DNA from: an uncultured Alphaproteobacteria bacterium
GTDB lineage: Bacteria > Pseudomonadota > Alphaproteobacteria > Rhizobiales > Beijerinckiaceae
Length of the DNA: 64,000 nucleotides
Reading direction: 5' to 3'
NCBI GenBank assembly: GCA_963841875.1
Contig: CAWJEI010000002.1
Location: forward strand, 91,838-155,837
Shown here: positions 19,050 to 29,182 of the stretch, piece by piece
Layout: every line of letters starts with the position of its first letter
Position numbering within the stretch: the stretch's first letter is position 1
Translations under genes and position numbers: made by a program
Notes under the pieces: model-generated
Told to the model about the DNA's origin: nothing
The model's input: the letters and a program-made list of their open reading frames with translations, nothing else
Databases searched by the model: none

Positions 19050-22000
19050 TCAATGAAAATTGCGCGCCTTTGGCGTCGCCGCGCGGGCTCTTTCGATCCT
19101 GCGCAGATCGGCGGAAATATCCTCGACCTTGCGGGCGATGAGATGAATGACGCCGGATTCCCGCTGCACGTCGCCGGTGACGGCGATGAGCCGCGCGCCG
19201 AGCACTTCGGCCCGCTGCTTCTCGAACAGTTTCGGCCAGACGATGACATTGGCGGCGCCGGTCTCGTCCTCGATGGTCATGAAGATCACGCCCTTGGCCG
19301 TGCCGGGGCGCTGGCGCATCAGCACCAGCCCCGCGACGGTCACGCGCGGCGTCAGCGGCGCATTGGAGCGCGACAGCGCCGCGCAGGACAAAATCCCTCT
19401 CTCCGCCAGCGCCATGCGCAAAAAACCCACCGGGTGGCCCTTCAGCGACAGCGACAAGGCGCGATAGTCCTCGGCGACCTCCTCGCCGGGCGGCATCGGC
19501 GGCAGTTTCGCGTCCGGCTCGATCGGCGCGAAAGCGAGGGCGCGCAGCAAGGGCAGATCGTCCTTGTCGCCGGCGCGGTTGAGGCCGGCGACAGCCCATA
19601 GCGCCTCGCGGCGCGTTAGGCCGAGGCTGGCAAAGGCGTCGGCGTGGGCCAGCCTCTCCAGCGCGGCGGGGGCAAGGCTGGTGCGCAGCCAGAGGTCGCG
19701 TACGGAATCATAGCCCGCGCCGCGACGCTCAACCAGAATGCGCATGTCGGCCTCGGCGGCGCCCTTGATCTGGCGAAAACCCAGCCGCAGCGCGCGCCGC
19801 CCCAGAATATCCTCCGTCATCAATTCATGACGCGGGTGCGTCGGCCCCAGGGCTTGCGCGGGCTCCAGCGTGCAGTCCCAGTCGGAGGCGTTGATGTCGA
19901 CCTCGCGCGCCTCGATCCCATGTTCGCGCGCGTCGCGCAAAATCTGCGCGGGCGCGTAAAAGCCCATGGGCTGGGAGTTCAGCAAGGCGCAGGCGAAGAC
20001 GTCCGGGTAGCGGCATTTCAGCCAGGCGGAGGCATAGACCAGCAGCGCGAAGGAAGCCGCGTGGCTCTCGGGAAAGCCATAGGAGCCAAAGCCCTCGATC
20101 TGCTTGAAGCAGCGCTCGGCGAATTCGGGCGCATAGCCGCGCGCGGCCATGCCGGAGATCATCTTGTCGCGAAATCCGCTCACCAGCCCCGCGCGCTTGA
20201 AGGTCGCCATGGCGCGGCGCAGTTGATCGGCCTCACCGGGGGAAAAACCCGCCGCGACGATGGCGATCTTCATCGCCTGTTCCTGAAACAGCGGCACGCC
20301 GAGAGTTCTTGCCGAGCACCTGCTCCAGTTCGGGCGAGGGATAGTCGACCTTCTCCTTGTTCATGCGTCGACGCAGATAGGGATGCACCATGTCGCCCTG
20401 AATGGGGCCCGGCCGCACGATCGCCACCTCGATCACGAGATCGTAGAAACATTGCGGCTTGAGGCGCGGCAGCATCGACATTTGCGCGCGGCTTTCGATC
20501 TGGAACACGCCCACCGTGTCGGCGCGCGAAATCATCGCATAGACGCTCGGATCTTCCGCCGGAATGGTCGAAAGGCGATGGCGGACGCCGTAATGCGCCG
20601 CCAGCAGGTCAAGGCCCTTGCGCAGGCAGGTGAGCATGCCGAGCGCCAGCACGTCGATCTTCAAAATGCCGAGCGCGTCGAGATCGTCCTTGTCCCAAAT
20701 GATGGTGGTGCGGCCCTCCATCGCGGCGGGGGCGAGGGGGACGACCTCGTCGAGGCGCGCGCGCGTAATGACGAAGCCGCCCGAATGCTGGGTGAGATGG
20801 CGTGGAAAGCCGGCGAGTTCCTGCGCCAGCGCCAGCGCCATGGAAAAGCGCGGTTCGGAAAGATCATAGCCCAGCCGCGTCAGGTCGGCGCGGCGTTCCT
20901 CCGCGTTCGAGCGTCCTCCGGCCATGGCCGAATGTCGCGCCAAAAAATCGTTGGAGAGGCCGAAGACCTTGCCGATCTCGCGCATCGCCGAGCGCGAGCG
21001 ATAGGTGACGACGGCGGCGGCGAGGCCGGAATGGTCGCGACCGAAACGCTGGTAGATATATTGGATGACCTCCTCGCGCCGCTCATGCTCGAAGTCCACG
21101 TCGATGTCGGGCGGTTCGTTCCGCGCCGCCGAGACGAAGCGCTCGAACAAAAGATCGTGCTTTGTCGGGTCGACCTCTGTCACGCCAAGACAAAAGCACA
21201 CCGCGCTATTGGCCGCCGAGCCGCGCCCCTGCGCGAGAATCCCGTGCGAATGCGCAAAGCGCACGATGTCGTGCACGGTGAGGAAATAAGCGGCGTAGTT
21301 CAGCTGCCCGATGAGCTCCAGTTCGTGCTCCAGCAGCTCCCGCACATGTTTGGGAACCCCTTGCGGATAGCGTTTTTTTGCGCCTTCGAAAGCAAAGGCC
21401 TCCAGCGCCGCCTGTTCGCTGTCAAAACCCTCGCGCAATTCGCTGGGATAGTCATAGGCGAGATCGGAAAGACGAAAGGCGAGGCGTTCCAGAAAGCGCG
21501 CGCTTTCGTCGACAGCCTCCGGCGCCTCGGCGAAGAGCCGGGCCATCTCTTCCGCGCTTTTGAGATGACGCTCGGCGTTGGCGGCGAGCAGGAAGCCGGC
21601 CTCCTCCAGCGTCACGCCTTCTCTTATGCAAGCGAGAGCGTCGGCGAGCGGGCGCCGCTCCGGAATGTGATAATGCGCGTCGTTCACGGCGATGAGCGGC
21701 AGGCCGAGCTTTTGCGCCTGTGCGATGCGCCGCCGCAGCTTCGCGCGCATGTCGGCGTCATAGAGCGCCGCAGCGGCGAGCCACAGCCTGTCCTTGAAGG
21801 CGGCATAGACCGCAGCCGGCGGCGCCGCATCGCCCAGCGCGATGAGCTGCTGGCCCTCGCCGAATTCAATGAGATCCTCGGCGACCAGCGCGCAGTCGCC
21901 CTTTTGCGCGCGCATATTGCCGCGCGTGAGCATGAGGCACAGGCGGCCATAGGCGGCGCGGTCCTTAGGATAGCAAAGCATGTCCGGAGTCTTGTCCGAA

Positions 22001-22236
22001 AAGACCAGCCGCGCGCCGACGGCGAGCTGGAATTGCTCGGGCGCGACGCCATGCGCGCGCAGATAGGAATAGGCCCGCACAACGCCCGCCACGGAATTGC
22101 GATCGGCGATCCCTAGGCCGCAATGACCGAGCTCCAGCGCCCGCGCCGCCATCTCCTCCGGATGCGAGGCGCCGCGCAGGAAGGAGAAATTGGTCGTCGC
22201 CGCGAGTTCGGCGTAGCGGGGCAGGGGGACAATCAC
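19050..22236 (-). CDS. dnaE2: Error-prone DNA polymerase DnaE2 (ImuC), interrupted by an apparent +1 frameshift near 20300-20315
   Basis: ORF 20233-22236 carries the PHP/DnaE2 N-terminus [24 protein letters not shown].... ORF 19050-20297 continues ...[30 protein letters not shown]... to the OB-fold C-terminus. The junction read on the minus strand, ggcaagAactctcggcgtgccgctgtttcaggaacag, shows one extra base between ...VLGK and [10 protein letters not shown]. Confidence 0.85.
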
Positions 22237-22261
22237 GGGGAGACTCTGGCCGCAGGTAAGT

Positions 22262-22276
22262 GTTCATGTATTGTTC
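22262..22276. promoter_or_regulatory. Alphaproteobacterial LexA (SOS) box GTTC-N7-GTTC upstream of dnaE2
   Basis: Sequence gttcATGTATTgttc lies 26 bp upstream of the dnaE2 start codon and matches the alphaproteobacterial LexA direct-repeat operator. Confidence 0.5.
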
Positions 22277-22799
22277 TTTTCTTTTGGCGCGGGAGTCAAG
22301 CGGCGACGCGCCGGTGTAATTAAGCCGCGAGGCATGGCCCGCCCGGTTCCGATTTGAACGCAGGCGGCTTCTTCTTGGGCGCGTGGGCGAACTCTCGCCG
22401 GTTTGTCCGGGACAAAATTGAATAGCGCCTCTCCCGGCATGTTTATATTCAAATGTATTCATTCAAATGGTAATATTTCGTTCAAATTATATAGACCTGA
22501 AAGCGCTTCATAAGCGTTAATCAACTATAATTCCGCACAAACAAAAATACTCACGAGCATTCACCAGTTAGTTTGCCTCGCATTGACGCCATGTTAAATT
22601 TGATGCTGTAGAAGATGCGGCAGGTCAGACGATCGAGGTTCAAGCAACCGCGTTCGTAGGCATGACGCCGAAAGACCGCGCCAGTGTAAATACGGCATTC
22701 ACCTCGACGACCTGTGCACATTGACAACGCTCGGCGCCTTGCGGCGGGGCGCGGCTGCGCGGGATAGTTTAAAAGCCAAAAGATAAAAGGTGTCTACCG

Positions 22800-25269
22800 A
22801 TGAGTTCGACAAGAAAATCGGCGGCAGGATATATTCTGATCATCGTTGTCGCGCTGACGCTGGGATTCGTGGTTCAAAATAACGCGGAGCGGGAATACGC
22901 GCTCGCCCAGCAGCATTTCATCGACCAGGCTCAGGCCGAGACCCGCGTTGTCGCCCGACAGGCCGAGAGCTCGTTGAAGTCGATTTATGAAAACCTGCGC
23001 ACCCTGAGCTACCTGCCCAGCATCCGCAACATTGATCGTCATGGCCGGAACCTCAGCGCAGAAGCCCGCGAGACCATTCGCCAAATATACAACAATCTGG
23101 CCGCCGACATCACGGTCTCGGAGATCTACATCGTTCCCGCGACACTCGATCCGGACAGGATCGACCCCTCCACGGGAAAAAACGAAGAACCGATCTTGAT
23201 GTTCGACAATCTGATCCTGAAATCACCGCGCATCGCGGCTGGCGGCGGATGAGGGCCCGTTCCACATCCAGACCGAGGCGAGCGAAAACGAGCCGGAAGA
23301 GGAAGAAGGCTTCGAATATCGCCAGATGCGCGATCAGTTCAGCTGGCTGAAGCAGCATTTTCCCGATCAGGGCAAGTTCGGCGACCTGCAGGTTCCGATC
23401 ATCAGCGGACCCGAGATCGTCACCTGCGACAATTCCAAATTCAGGGTCAGCCGCCTGGACGCCGATCGCAAGGGCGTTCTTTTTTCGGTGCCGTTTTACG
23501 GCGAGGATGGCGTTCTGAAGGGCAGCGTCACCGCCGTCGTGTTGAACAGCGTTCTCAAGAGCTTCCTGCCCCCGCGCAACATCTCGCTGATCAACCCGGC
23601 CTATAATTACGCCACGCCCTTCAGCGACCACGGTCAGGAAAAGGTCTCGTCATCCTGGGTTCAACGGGCGACCGCCGATCCGTCGCTCCTGTATTCCGAG
23701 GTGATTCCGCTCAATCTCAATGACCCCATGGGCCCCTGGCTGCTGTGGTCGGGCTATCCCAATTCGGCCTTCAGATATGGAGTTGAAGCCCATTCCATCG
23801 GCCTGTCGAAGCTCTCCGCCTTTTTCATCATCGTCTTGTTGACCCTTGCGGGCGTCATCGGGTGGACCCTCGCCCTGCGCACCTTCGCGCTGACGGCGGC
23901 CAAGGCGGCGAGCCGACGCCTTGAGCAGCGCGTCGCCGAGCGCACGGCCGAGATCAGCTATCTCGCGGCGCACGACGCCTTGACCGGTCTCGCCAATCGC
24001 AGCCGCTTCGGCGAGAGCCTCGCGAAGGCGCTCAGCCGCACAAAACGCGGGGAGAAGCTGGCCGTCCATCTCATCGATCTCGACCGCTTCAAATCGGTCA
24101 ACGACACGCTGGGACATCCTGTCGGCGACAAATTGCTGACGATGGTCGCCGACCGCGTGCGCGCGCAATTGCGGGATACCGATGTGGTCGCGCGCATGGG
24201 CGGCGACGAATTCATGCTGCTCCAGACCCAGCTTGACGATCCAAAGGACGCTGTGGCCCTCGCGACGCGAATTATCAGGGTTCTGGCGGAGCCCTTCGAG
24301 ATCGACGATCATCACGTGTCCGTCGGCGCCAGCATAGGCATCGCCATCGCGCCGCAGGACGGCGATGCGCCAGACGAATTGATCCGCAACGCGGACCTTG
24401 GCCTCTACCGCGCCAAGAAGGATGGACGCGGGACATACTGCTTCTTCGAGCAGGACATGAACGAGAAGATGCAGGCGCGCGGGTCGATGGAGCGCGCGCT
24501 TCGGAAAGCGCTCGCGAACAAGGAGTTCGAACTCCATTATCAGCCGATCTACGATCTCTCGACGAACAGGATGAACGGCGTCGAGGCTCTTCTGCGCTGG
24601 CGCCATCCCGACGAGGGGCTTATCCCGCCCGATCGATTCATCCCCCTCGCCGAGGAGACCAGCCTCATCATACCGATCGGCGAATGGGTGATCCGGGAGG
24701 CCTGCGCGACGGTCGCGCGCGCTCCGGAAATTCCCAGAGTGGCGGTCAATCTGTCGGCGGCCCAGTTTCGCAGTCAGGCGCTTGTCGACGTGGTGATAAG
24801 CGCATTGCGGGAGTCAGGCCTTGAGCCGCGCCGCCTCGAACTGGAGATCACCGAGAGCCTCCTGATGGACGGCTCGGAATCGACGGTCACGATGCTTCAC
24901 CAGCTGCACGATCTGGGCGTGCGCATCGCCATGGACGATTTCGGCACCGGCTATTCCTCGCTCAGCTATCTGCAGAGCTTTCCCTTCGACAAGATCAAGA
25001 TCGACCGCTCCTTCGTCAAAGGCATTGGCGGCAACGCCGGATCGCTCAGCATCGTCCGGGCGGTGGCGGCGCTCGCAAGCGGCCTCGGCATAGCGACGAC
25101 GGCCGAAGGCGTCGAAACCCAGTCGCAGCTCGACGCGGTGAGGCTTGAGGGCTGTTCCGAAATGCAGGGATTCCTGATGAGCAAGCCCTTGACCTTCGAG
25201 CAGCTCAAAGAGTTTCTGCAATCGAAGCAGACGCTGCTCGGCGCGGCGGAGCGGCGGGACGCGGCCTGA
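22800..25269 (+). CDS. Sensor GGDEF-EAL protein (TM1, periplasmic domain, TM2, GGDEF, EAL), interrupted by an apparent +1 frameshift near 23215-23250
   Basis: ORF 22800-23252 encodes TM1 plus the start of a periplasmic domain. ORF 23326-25269 is open upstream to 23221 and encodes the rest: the periplasmic domain, TM2 (LSAFFIIVLLTLAGVIGWTLAL), GGDEF (ARMGGDEF) and EAL (EALLRWRHP). The second ORF alone would have no signal peptide or TM1 for its periplasmic domain. Confidence 0.7.
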
Positions 25270-25286
25270 TACGCGGGCGTCCGCTG

Positions 25287-26177
25287 TCACTCCGGCGCGG
25301 GCGGTTCTTCCTTGGGCGCTCGGCGTCGCTCGGCCTGCGCGGCTTCCTCGCGCGCCTGTGCTTCCTCCAGCTTCTTGCGCCGGCGGGCGTTGGGCTCGCG
25401 GCGCGGGCCTTCGACGAGGCGCACCACAACGCCCCAGAGCGTGCGCACATCCTGTTCCGTCAGGCTCATGCGATGGAACATGTTGCGCAGGTTGCGCGCC
25501 ATGACGGGCTTCTTGGTCTTGGGCCTGAAGAAGTCGCGCGCGTCGAGCTGCTCTTCCAGAAACTCGAAGAAAGCCGCCGTCATTTCGCGCGTCGCGGGCG
25601 GCGAGCGTTCGCTCGTGTCGAAGGGCAGGGCGTCGCCATGCGCGGCGCGGAGCCATTCATAGCCCGTCAGCAGCACCGCCTGCGCGAGATTGAGCGAGGC
25701 ATAGGCGGGATTGACCGGGAAGGTGAGGATGGCGTCGGCCAGCGCCACGTCGTCATTGTCGAGCCCCGTGCGCTCCGGTCCGAACATGACGCCATGTCTT
25801 TCGCCGGTGGCGATCCGCCCCGCCATGACCGGCATCGCCTGCGAGGGGATATGCACCGGCTTCATCTGCCCGCGCCCGCGCGCCGTGGCGGCGTAGCAGA
25901 AGGTCAGATCGGCGATGGCGGCGGGCACGTCCGGATAGACCTTGGCGCTCTCCAGCAGATGCACGGCCCCGGCGGCGGCGGCGTAGGCGCCCTTGCGATA
26001 GGCCCCGGTGCGCGGCCAGCCCTCGCGCGGGGCGACGAGACGCAGATCGGAGAGGCCGAAATTGGCCATCGCCCGCGCGCACATGCCGATGTTAACCGCG
26101 AGCTGCGGCCGCACCAGAATGATGGCGGGTCCGCCTTCGAGCTTTGGCTTGGTGTGGTCGGTGCCGGCGCCGGTCAT
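25287..26177 (-). CDS. SpoU/TrmH-family RNA 2'-O-methyltransferase (TrmJ-like) with basic C-terminal tail
   Basis: 296 aa with the SPOUT-class motifs (IILVRPQLAVNIG..., VMFGPERTGL...) and a Lys/Arg/Glu-rich C-terminus. Confidence 0.8.
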   Translation of the reverse strand: MTGAGTDHTKPKLEGGPAIILVRPQLAVNIGMCARAMANFGLSDLRLVAPREGWPRTGAYRKGAYAAAAGAVHLLESAKVYPDVPAAIADLTFCYAATARGRGQMKPVHIPSQAMPVMAGRIATGERHGVMFGPERTGLDNDDVALADAILTFPVNPAYASLNLAQAVLLTGYEWLRAAHGDALPFDTSERSPPATREMTAAFFEFLEEQLDARDFFRPKTKKPVMARNLRNMFHRMSLTEQDVRTLWGVVVRLVEGPRREPNARRRKKLEEAQAREEAAQAERRRAPKEEPPAPE

Positions 26178-26497
26178 TGGAGCGGGTCGCCGTCTGGAGA
26201 GAAGGCGGCGTCCGTGTCTTTGCGGGAATGCAAAATATTGACAATCAGCAGCCGGTCTTCCTCGTAACGCATGAACAACAAATAGCCTCTGAAAGGGAAG
26301 CTTCTCAGCCCCGGCAAAAGATTGTCGCGAGGCCGGCCGACGGTCGAGGGCAGGGCCGCGATTTTTTCGATCTGGGTGACAATAGTTTCGACAAACACTC
26401 TCTCGCGCGCATTTTCGGCGAATTGCTCGGCGAGATATTCGAAAATATCGTCGAGATCACGCAGAGCGGCGTCCGACAGAATTAGATTACGCTTCAA
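26174..26497 (-). CDS. parE: Type II toxin ParE/RelE family
   Basis: 107-aa ParE-like protein (…RDLDDIFEYLAEQ…GYLLFMRYEEDRLLIVNILHSRKD). Overlaps the upstream antitoxin gene by 4 nt. Confidence 0.8.
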   Translation of the reverse strand: MKRNLILSDAALRDLDDIFEYLAEQFAENARERVFVETIVTQIEKIAALPSTVGRPRDNLLPGLRSFPFRGYLLFMRYEEDRLLIVNILHSRKDTDAAFSPDGDPLQ

Positions 26498-26739
26498 CGG
26501 CCTCGGGCCTCGAGTTCCCGATGCTTCCGTTCGATGCGGGCGCGGGCGTCGGCGATCGTGTTTTCGCCCCCTTCCGCCAGCGACGCCTCGATTGTCTCGC
26601 GCAAGCTCTGGAGTTTCGCCTCGCGCTCCTCGACAAGACGCAGACCCTCGCGCATCACCTCGGTCGCCGAAGCGTAGCGGCCTGATTTCACCAGCGCGTC
26701 GATAAACTCTTCCCAGCGTTTGCCCACGGATACGTTCAT
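26494..26739 (-). CDS. parD: Type II antitoxin ParD (RHH/CopG fold)
   Basis: 81 aa, N-terminus ...VSVGKRWEEFIDALVKSGRYASATEVMREGLRLVEEREAKLQSLR..., a typical ParD antitoxin. Lies immediately upstream of the toxin gene with translational coupling. Confidence 0.75.
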   Translation of the reverse strand: MNVSVGKRWEEFIDALVKSGRYASATEVMREGLRLVEEREAKLQSLRETIEASLAEGGENTIADARARIERKHRELEARGR

Positions 26740-26786
26740 GGCTCTACTCCCGTGGCTCCACTATAACACGATATGCGCATAGCGTG

Positions 26787-27209
26787 TCATTGCCGCGCCG
26801 CCCGCTCCAGATTGAGCGCCAGCAGCCTCGCCAGCGCGTCCTCGGTCGAAATATCCTCCGGCCAGCCATAGGCGGAAGCGACGGCGCGGTCGAGTTCGGC
26901 ATGGATGTTTTCCAGCCAGCTGGGGCGCTCATTGTAAAGATTGGTCAGCGTGCGGGTCTTCAGCCTAGCGGCGCCCCTCATCCGGCCCCGCTGGCGCGGG
27001 TCCACCTTCTCCCGCGAGGGGAGAAGGGGCCGCGAAGCACACGATGCACACCCGCACCGCCGCGCCGTCGAGTATCCAGGGCTCGTCGCTCCAAGCCTCG
27101 AAGATCGCGCTGCTCTGGGCGATGGGCTCCAGCACGCGGCGGTTGGCGCCGCCGCCCGTTCGGTCAGCGCATGCGTCTTCCATTTGCGGACGAAATCTTG
27201 CGGGGTCAC
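26787..27209 (-). pseudogene. Decayed relic of a MmeI/PglX-like class I SAM-dependent N6-adenine DNA methyltransferase (type IIG RM / BREX-type)
   Basis: The 140-aa ORF retains only the family N-terminus (MTPQDFVRKWKTHALTERAAA..., cf. ...FI.KW....L.ERSAAQSHF) and the extreme C-terminus (...TRTLTNLYNERPSWLENIHAELDRAVASAYGWPEDISTEDALARLLALNLERA). An overlapping minus-frame ORF (26965-27270) holds a third fragment, ...VLEPIAQSSAIFEAWSDEPWILDGAAVRVCIVCFA. The fragments are contiguous in the DNA, but in the family they are separated by hundreds of residues, so large internal deletions plus a frameshift have occurred. Family assignment rests on recalled motif similarity. Confidence 0.5.
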
Positions 27210-27294
27210 TGGACAGGGAATCGGGCCAAAGGCGGAATCGAAGCCCCGAACCTACTCCCTCTCCCCCCAAACAGGGAGAGGGACTGCTCCCGAA

Positions 27295-28584
27295 TTACGT
27301 GCGTTTCGTCATCGGCACATATTCGCGCTGCGGCTCGCCTGTGTAGAGCTGGCGCGGGCGGCCGATCTTGGAGCCGGGATCCTCGATCATCTCCTTCCAC
27401 TGGGCGATCCAGCCCACGGTGCGCGCGAGGGCGAAGAGCACGGTGAACATCGTGGTCGGGAAGTTCATCGCCTTGAGCGTGATGCCCGAATAGAAGTCAA
27501 TGTTGGGATAGAGTTTCTTCTCGATGAAATATTCGTCGTGCAGCGCGATGCGCTCCAGCTCCAGCGCGACGTCGAGCAGCGCGTCCTTGACGCCAAGCTC
27601 GTTCAGCACCTCGCGCGTGGTCACCTGCATGATCTTCGCGCGGGGGTCGTAGTTCTTGTACACGCGATGGCCAAAGCCCATCAGGCGGAACGGATCGTCC
27701 TTGTCCTTCGCCTTGGCGATGAATTGCGGAATCCGGTCGACCGTCCCGATCTGCTCCAGCATCTTCAGCACGGCTTCATTGGCGCCGCCATGCGCCGGCC
27801 CCCAGAGCGAAGCGATGCCCGCCGCGATGCAGGCGAAGGGATTGGCGCCCGACGAGCCCGAAAGGCGGACGGTGGAGGTGGAGGCGTTTTGCTCGTGGTC
27901 GGCGTGGAGGATGAAGATGCGGTCCAGCGCGCGCGAAAGCACCGGATTGACCTTGTAGTCCTCGCAAGGCACGGCGAAGCACATGCGCAGGAAGTTCGAC
28001 GTGTAGTCGAGGTCGTTCTTGGGATAAACGAAAGGCTGGCCGATCGAATATTTATAGGCCATCGCCGCGAGCGTCGGAATCTTGGCGATCATGCGCGTCG
28101 AGGCGACCATGCGCTCGACCGGATCGTTGATATTGGTCGAGTCGTGATAGAAGGCCGAAAGCGCGCCGACCGACGCCACCATCACCGCCATCGGATGCGC
28201 GTCGCGGCGGAACCCCTGGAAGAACCGGGCCATCTGCTCATGCACCATGGTGTGGCGCGTGATGCGATAGTCGAACTCAGCCTTCTGATTGCCGGTCGGC
28301 AGTTCGCCGTAAAGCAGCAGATAGCAGGTCTCCAGAAAGTCGCCGTGCTCGGCGAGCTGCTGGATCGGATAGCCGCGATAGAGCAGCACGCCGGCGTCGC
28401 CGTCGATATAGGTGATCTTGGATTCGCAGCTCGCGGTAGAGGTAAAGCCCGGATCATAGGTGAACATGCCTGTCGCGCCATAGAGCGAGCGAATGTCCAT
28501 CACGTCAGGGCCGATCGTGCCCTTTTTGATGGGGAGATCGACCGTTTTGCCGTCGACAGTCATGGAACCCTTGGACGCCGTCAT
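27295..28584 (-). CDS. gltA: Citrate synthase
   Basis: Classic type II citrate synthase (…[14 protein letters not shown]…, …NIDFYSG…). Start taken at [13 protein letters not shown] (ATG 28582-28584), which has an upstream SD aaggtgga. The ORF-track N-terminal extension was rejected. Confidence 0.9.
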   Translation of the reverse strand: MTASKGSMTVDGKTVDLPIKKGTIGPDVMDIRSLYGATGMFTYDPGFTSTASCESKITYIDGDAGVLLYRGYPIQQLAEHGDFLETCYLLLYGELPTGNQKAEFDYRITRHTMVHEQMARFFQGFRRDAHPMAVMVASVGALSAFYHDSTNINDPVERMVASTRMIAKIPTLAAMAYKYSIGQPFVYPKNDLDYTSNFLRMCFAVPCEDYKVNPVLSRALDRIFILHADHEQNASTSTVRLSGSSGANPFACIAAGIASLWGPAHGGANEAVLKMLEQIGTVDRIPQFIAKAKDKDDPFRLMGFGHRVYKNYDPRAKIMQVTTREVLNELGVKDALLDVALELERIALHDEYFIEKKLYPNIDFYSGITLKAMNFPTTMFTVLFALARTVGWIAQWKEMIEDPGSKIGRPRQLYTGEPQREYVPMTKRT

Positions 28585-28797
28585 CGCTCCACCTTCCTTA
28601 CGTCGCGTCTGGAGACCTTTCGTCCGCGCATTGATGCGTTGCATTAGCGCATGCTTCAATTGGCGTGAAACGAAGAAGGCTTTTCTCTAATTTGGCCCCC
28701 ATAGGCGAGTTGTGCATCGCACAACGCTATAACAACGCCGCGCCTTGTCAAGCGACGCTGAAGCTATGCAGGAGCCGCATCCATCAATCGGAGGGCG

Positions 28798-29169
28798 TCA
28801 GGCTGGCGACGCCTCGACCAGCCCCAGGTCCAGCCTCTCCTTTTTGGTCAGTTTCGACGCGACCAGGCTGTGGGATTTGCGGATATAGAGCTCCAGCTCC
28901 TGATTGGTCAGTCCCGTTTGCGCGTGATGCTGAATCCATTTCATGCCGCGCGACGCGAGATACGGGGCCGGCCGCAATCCGGGCTGTTCTTTCAATATTT
29001 CATATGACAGGGGACTAACCTTGAAGGTGAAAGCCGGCGTGTCGCCGTCCCAGCCGCCAATCGCGAAAACTTTGGGGCCGATCTTCCAGACATGCGATCC
29101 GCCCCATTGGTTGACGTAGCTCGCGGCGGGCAAAGCGGAGCAAAAGGCGTTGAACTCGTCATGAGTCAT
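28798..29169 (-). CDS. MmcQ/YjbR-family DNA-binding protein
   Basis: Start at the internal Met (MTHDEFNAFCSALPAASYVNQWGGSHVWKIGPKVFAIGGWDG...), the characteristic MmcQ/YjbR N-terminus. The longer ORF prefix is Arg-rich junk. Confidence 0.6.
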   Translation of the reverse strand: MTHDEFNAFCSALPAASYVNQWGGSHVWKIGPKVFAIGGWDGDTPAFTFKVSPLSYEILKEQPGLRPAPYLASRGMKWIQHHAQTGLTNQELELYIRKSHSLVASKLTKKERLDLGLVEASPA

Positions 29170-29182
29170 CGGCCGCGCCCTC

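Noticed and set aside
20383-22116. 577-aa plus-strand ORF
   Set aside because: Antisense to dnaE2.
23650-24606. 318-aa minus-strand ORF
   Set aside because: Antisense to the GGDEF-EAL sensor gene.
26941-28647. 568-aa plus-strand ORF
   Set aside because: Antisense to citrate synthase gltA.
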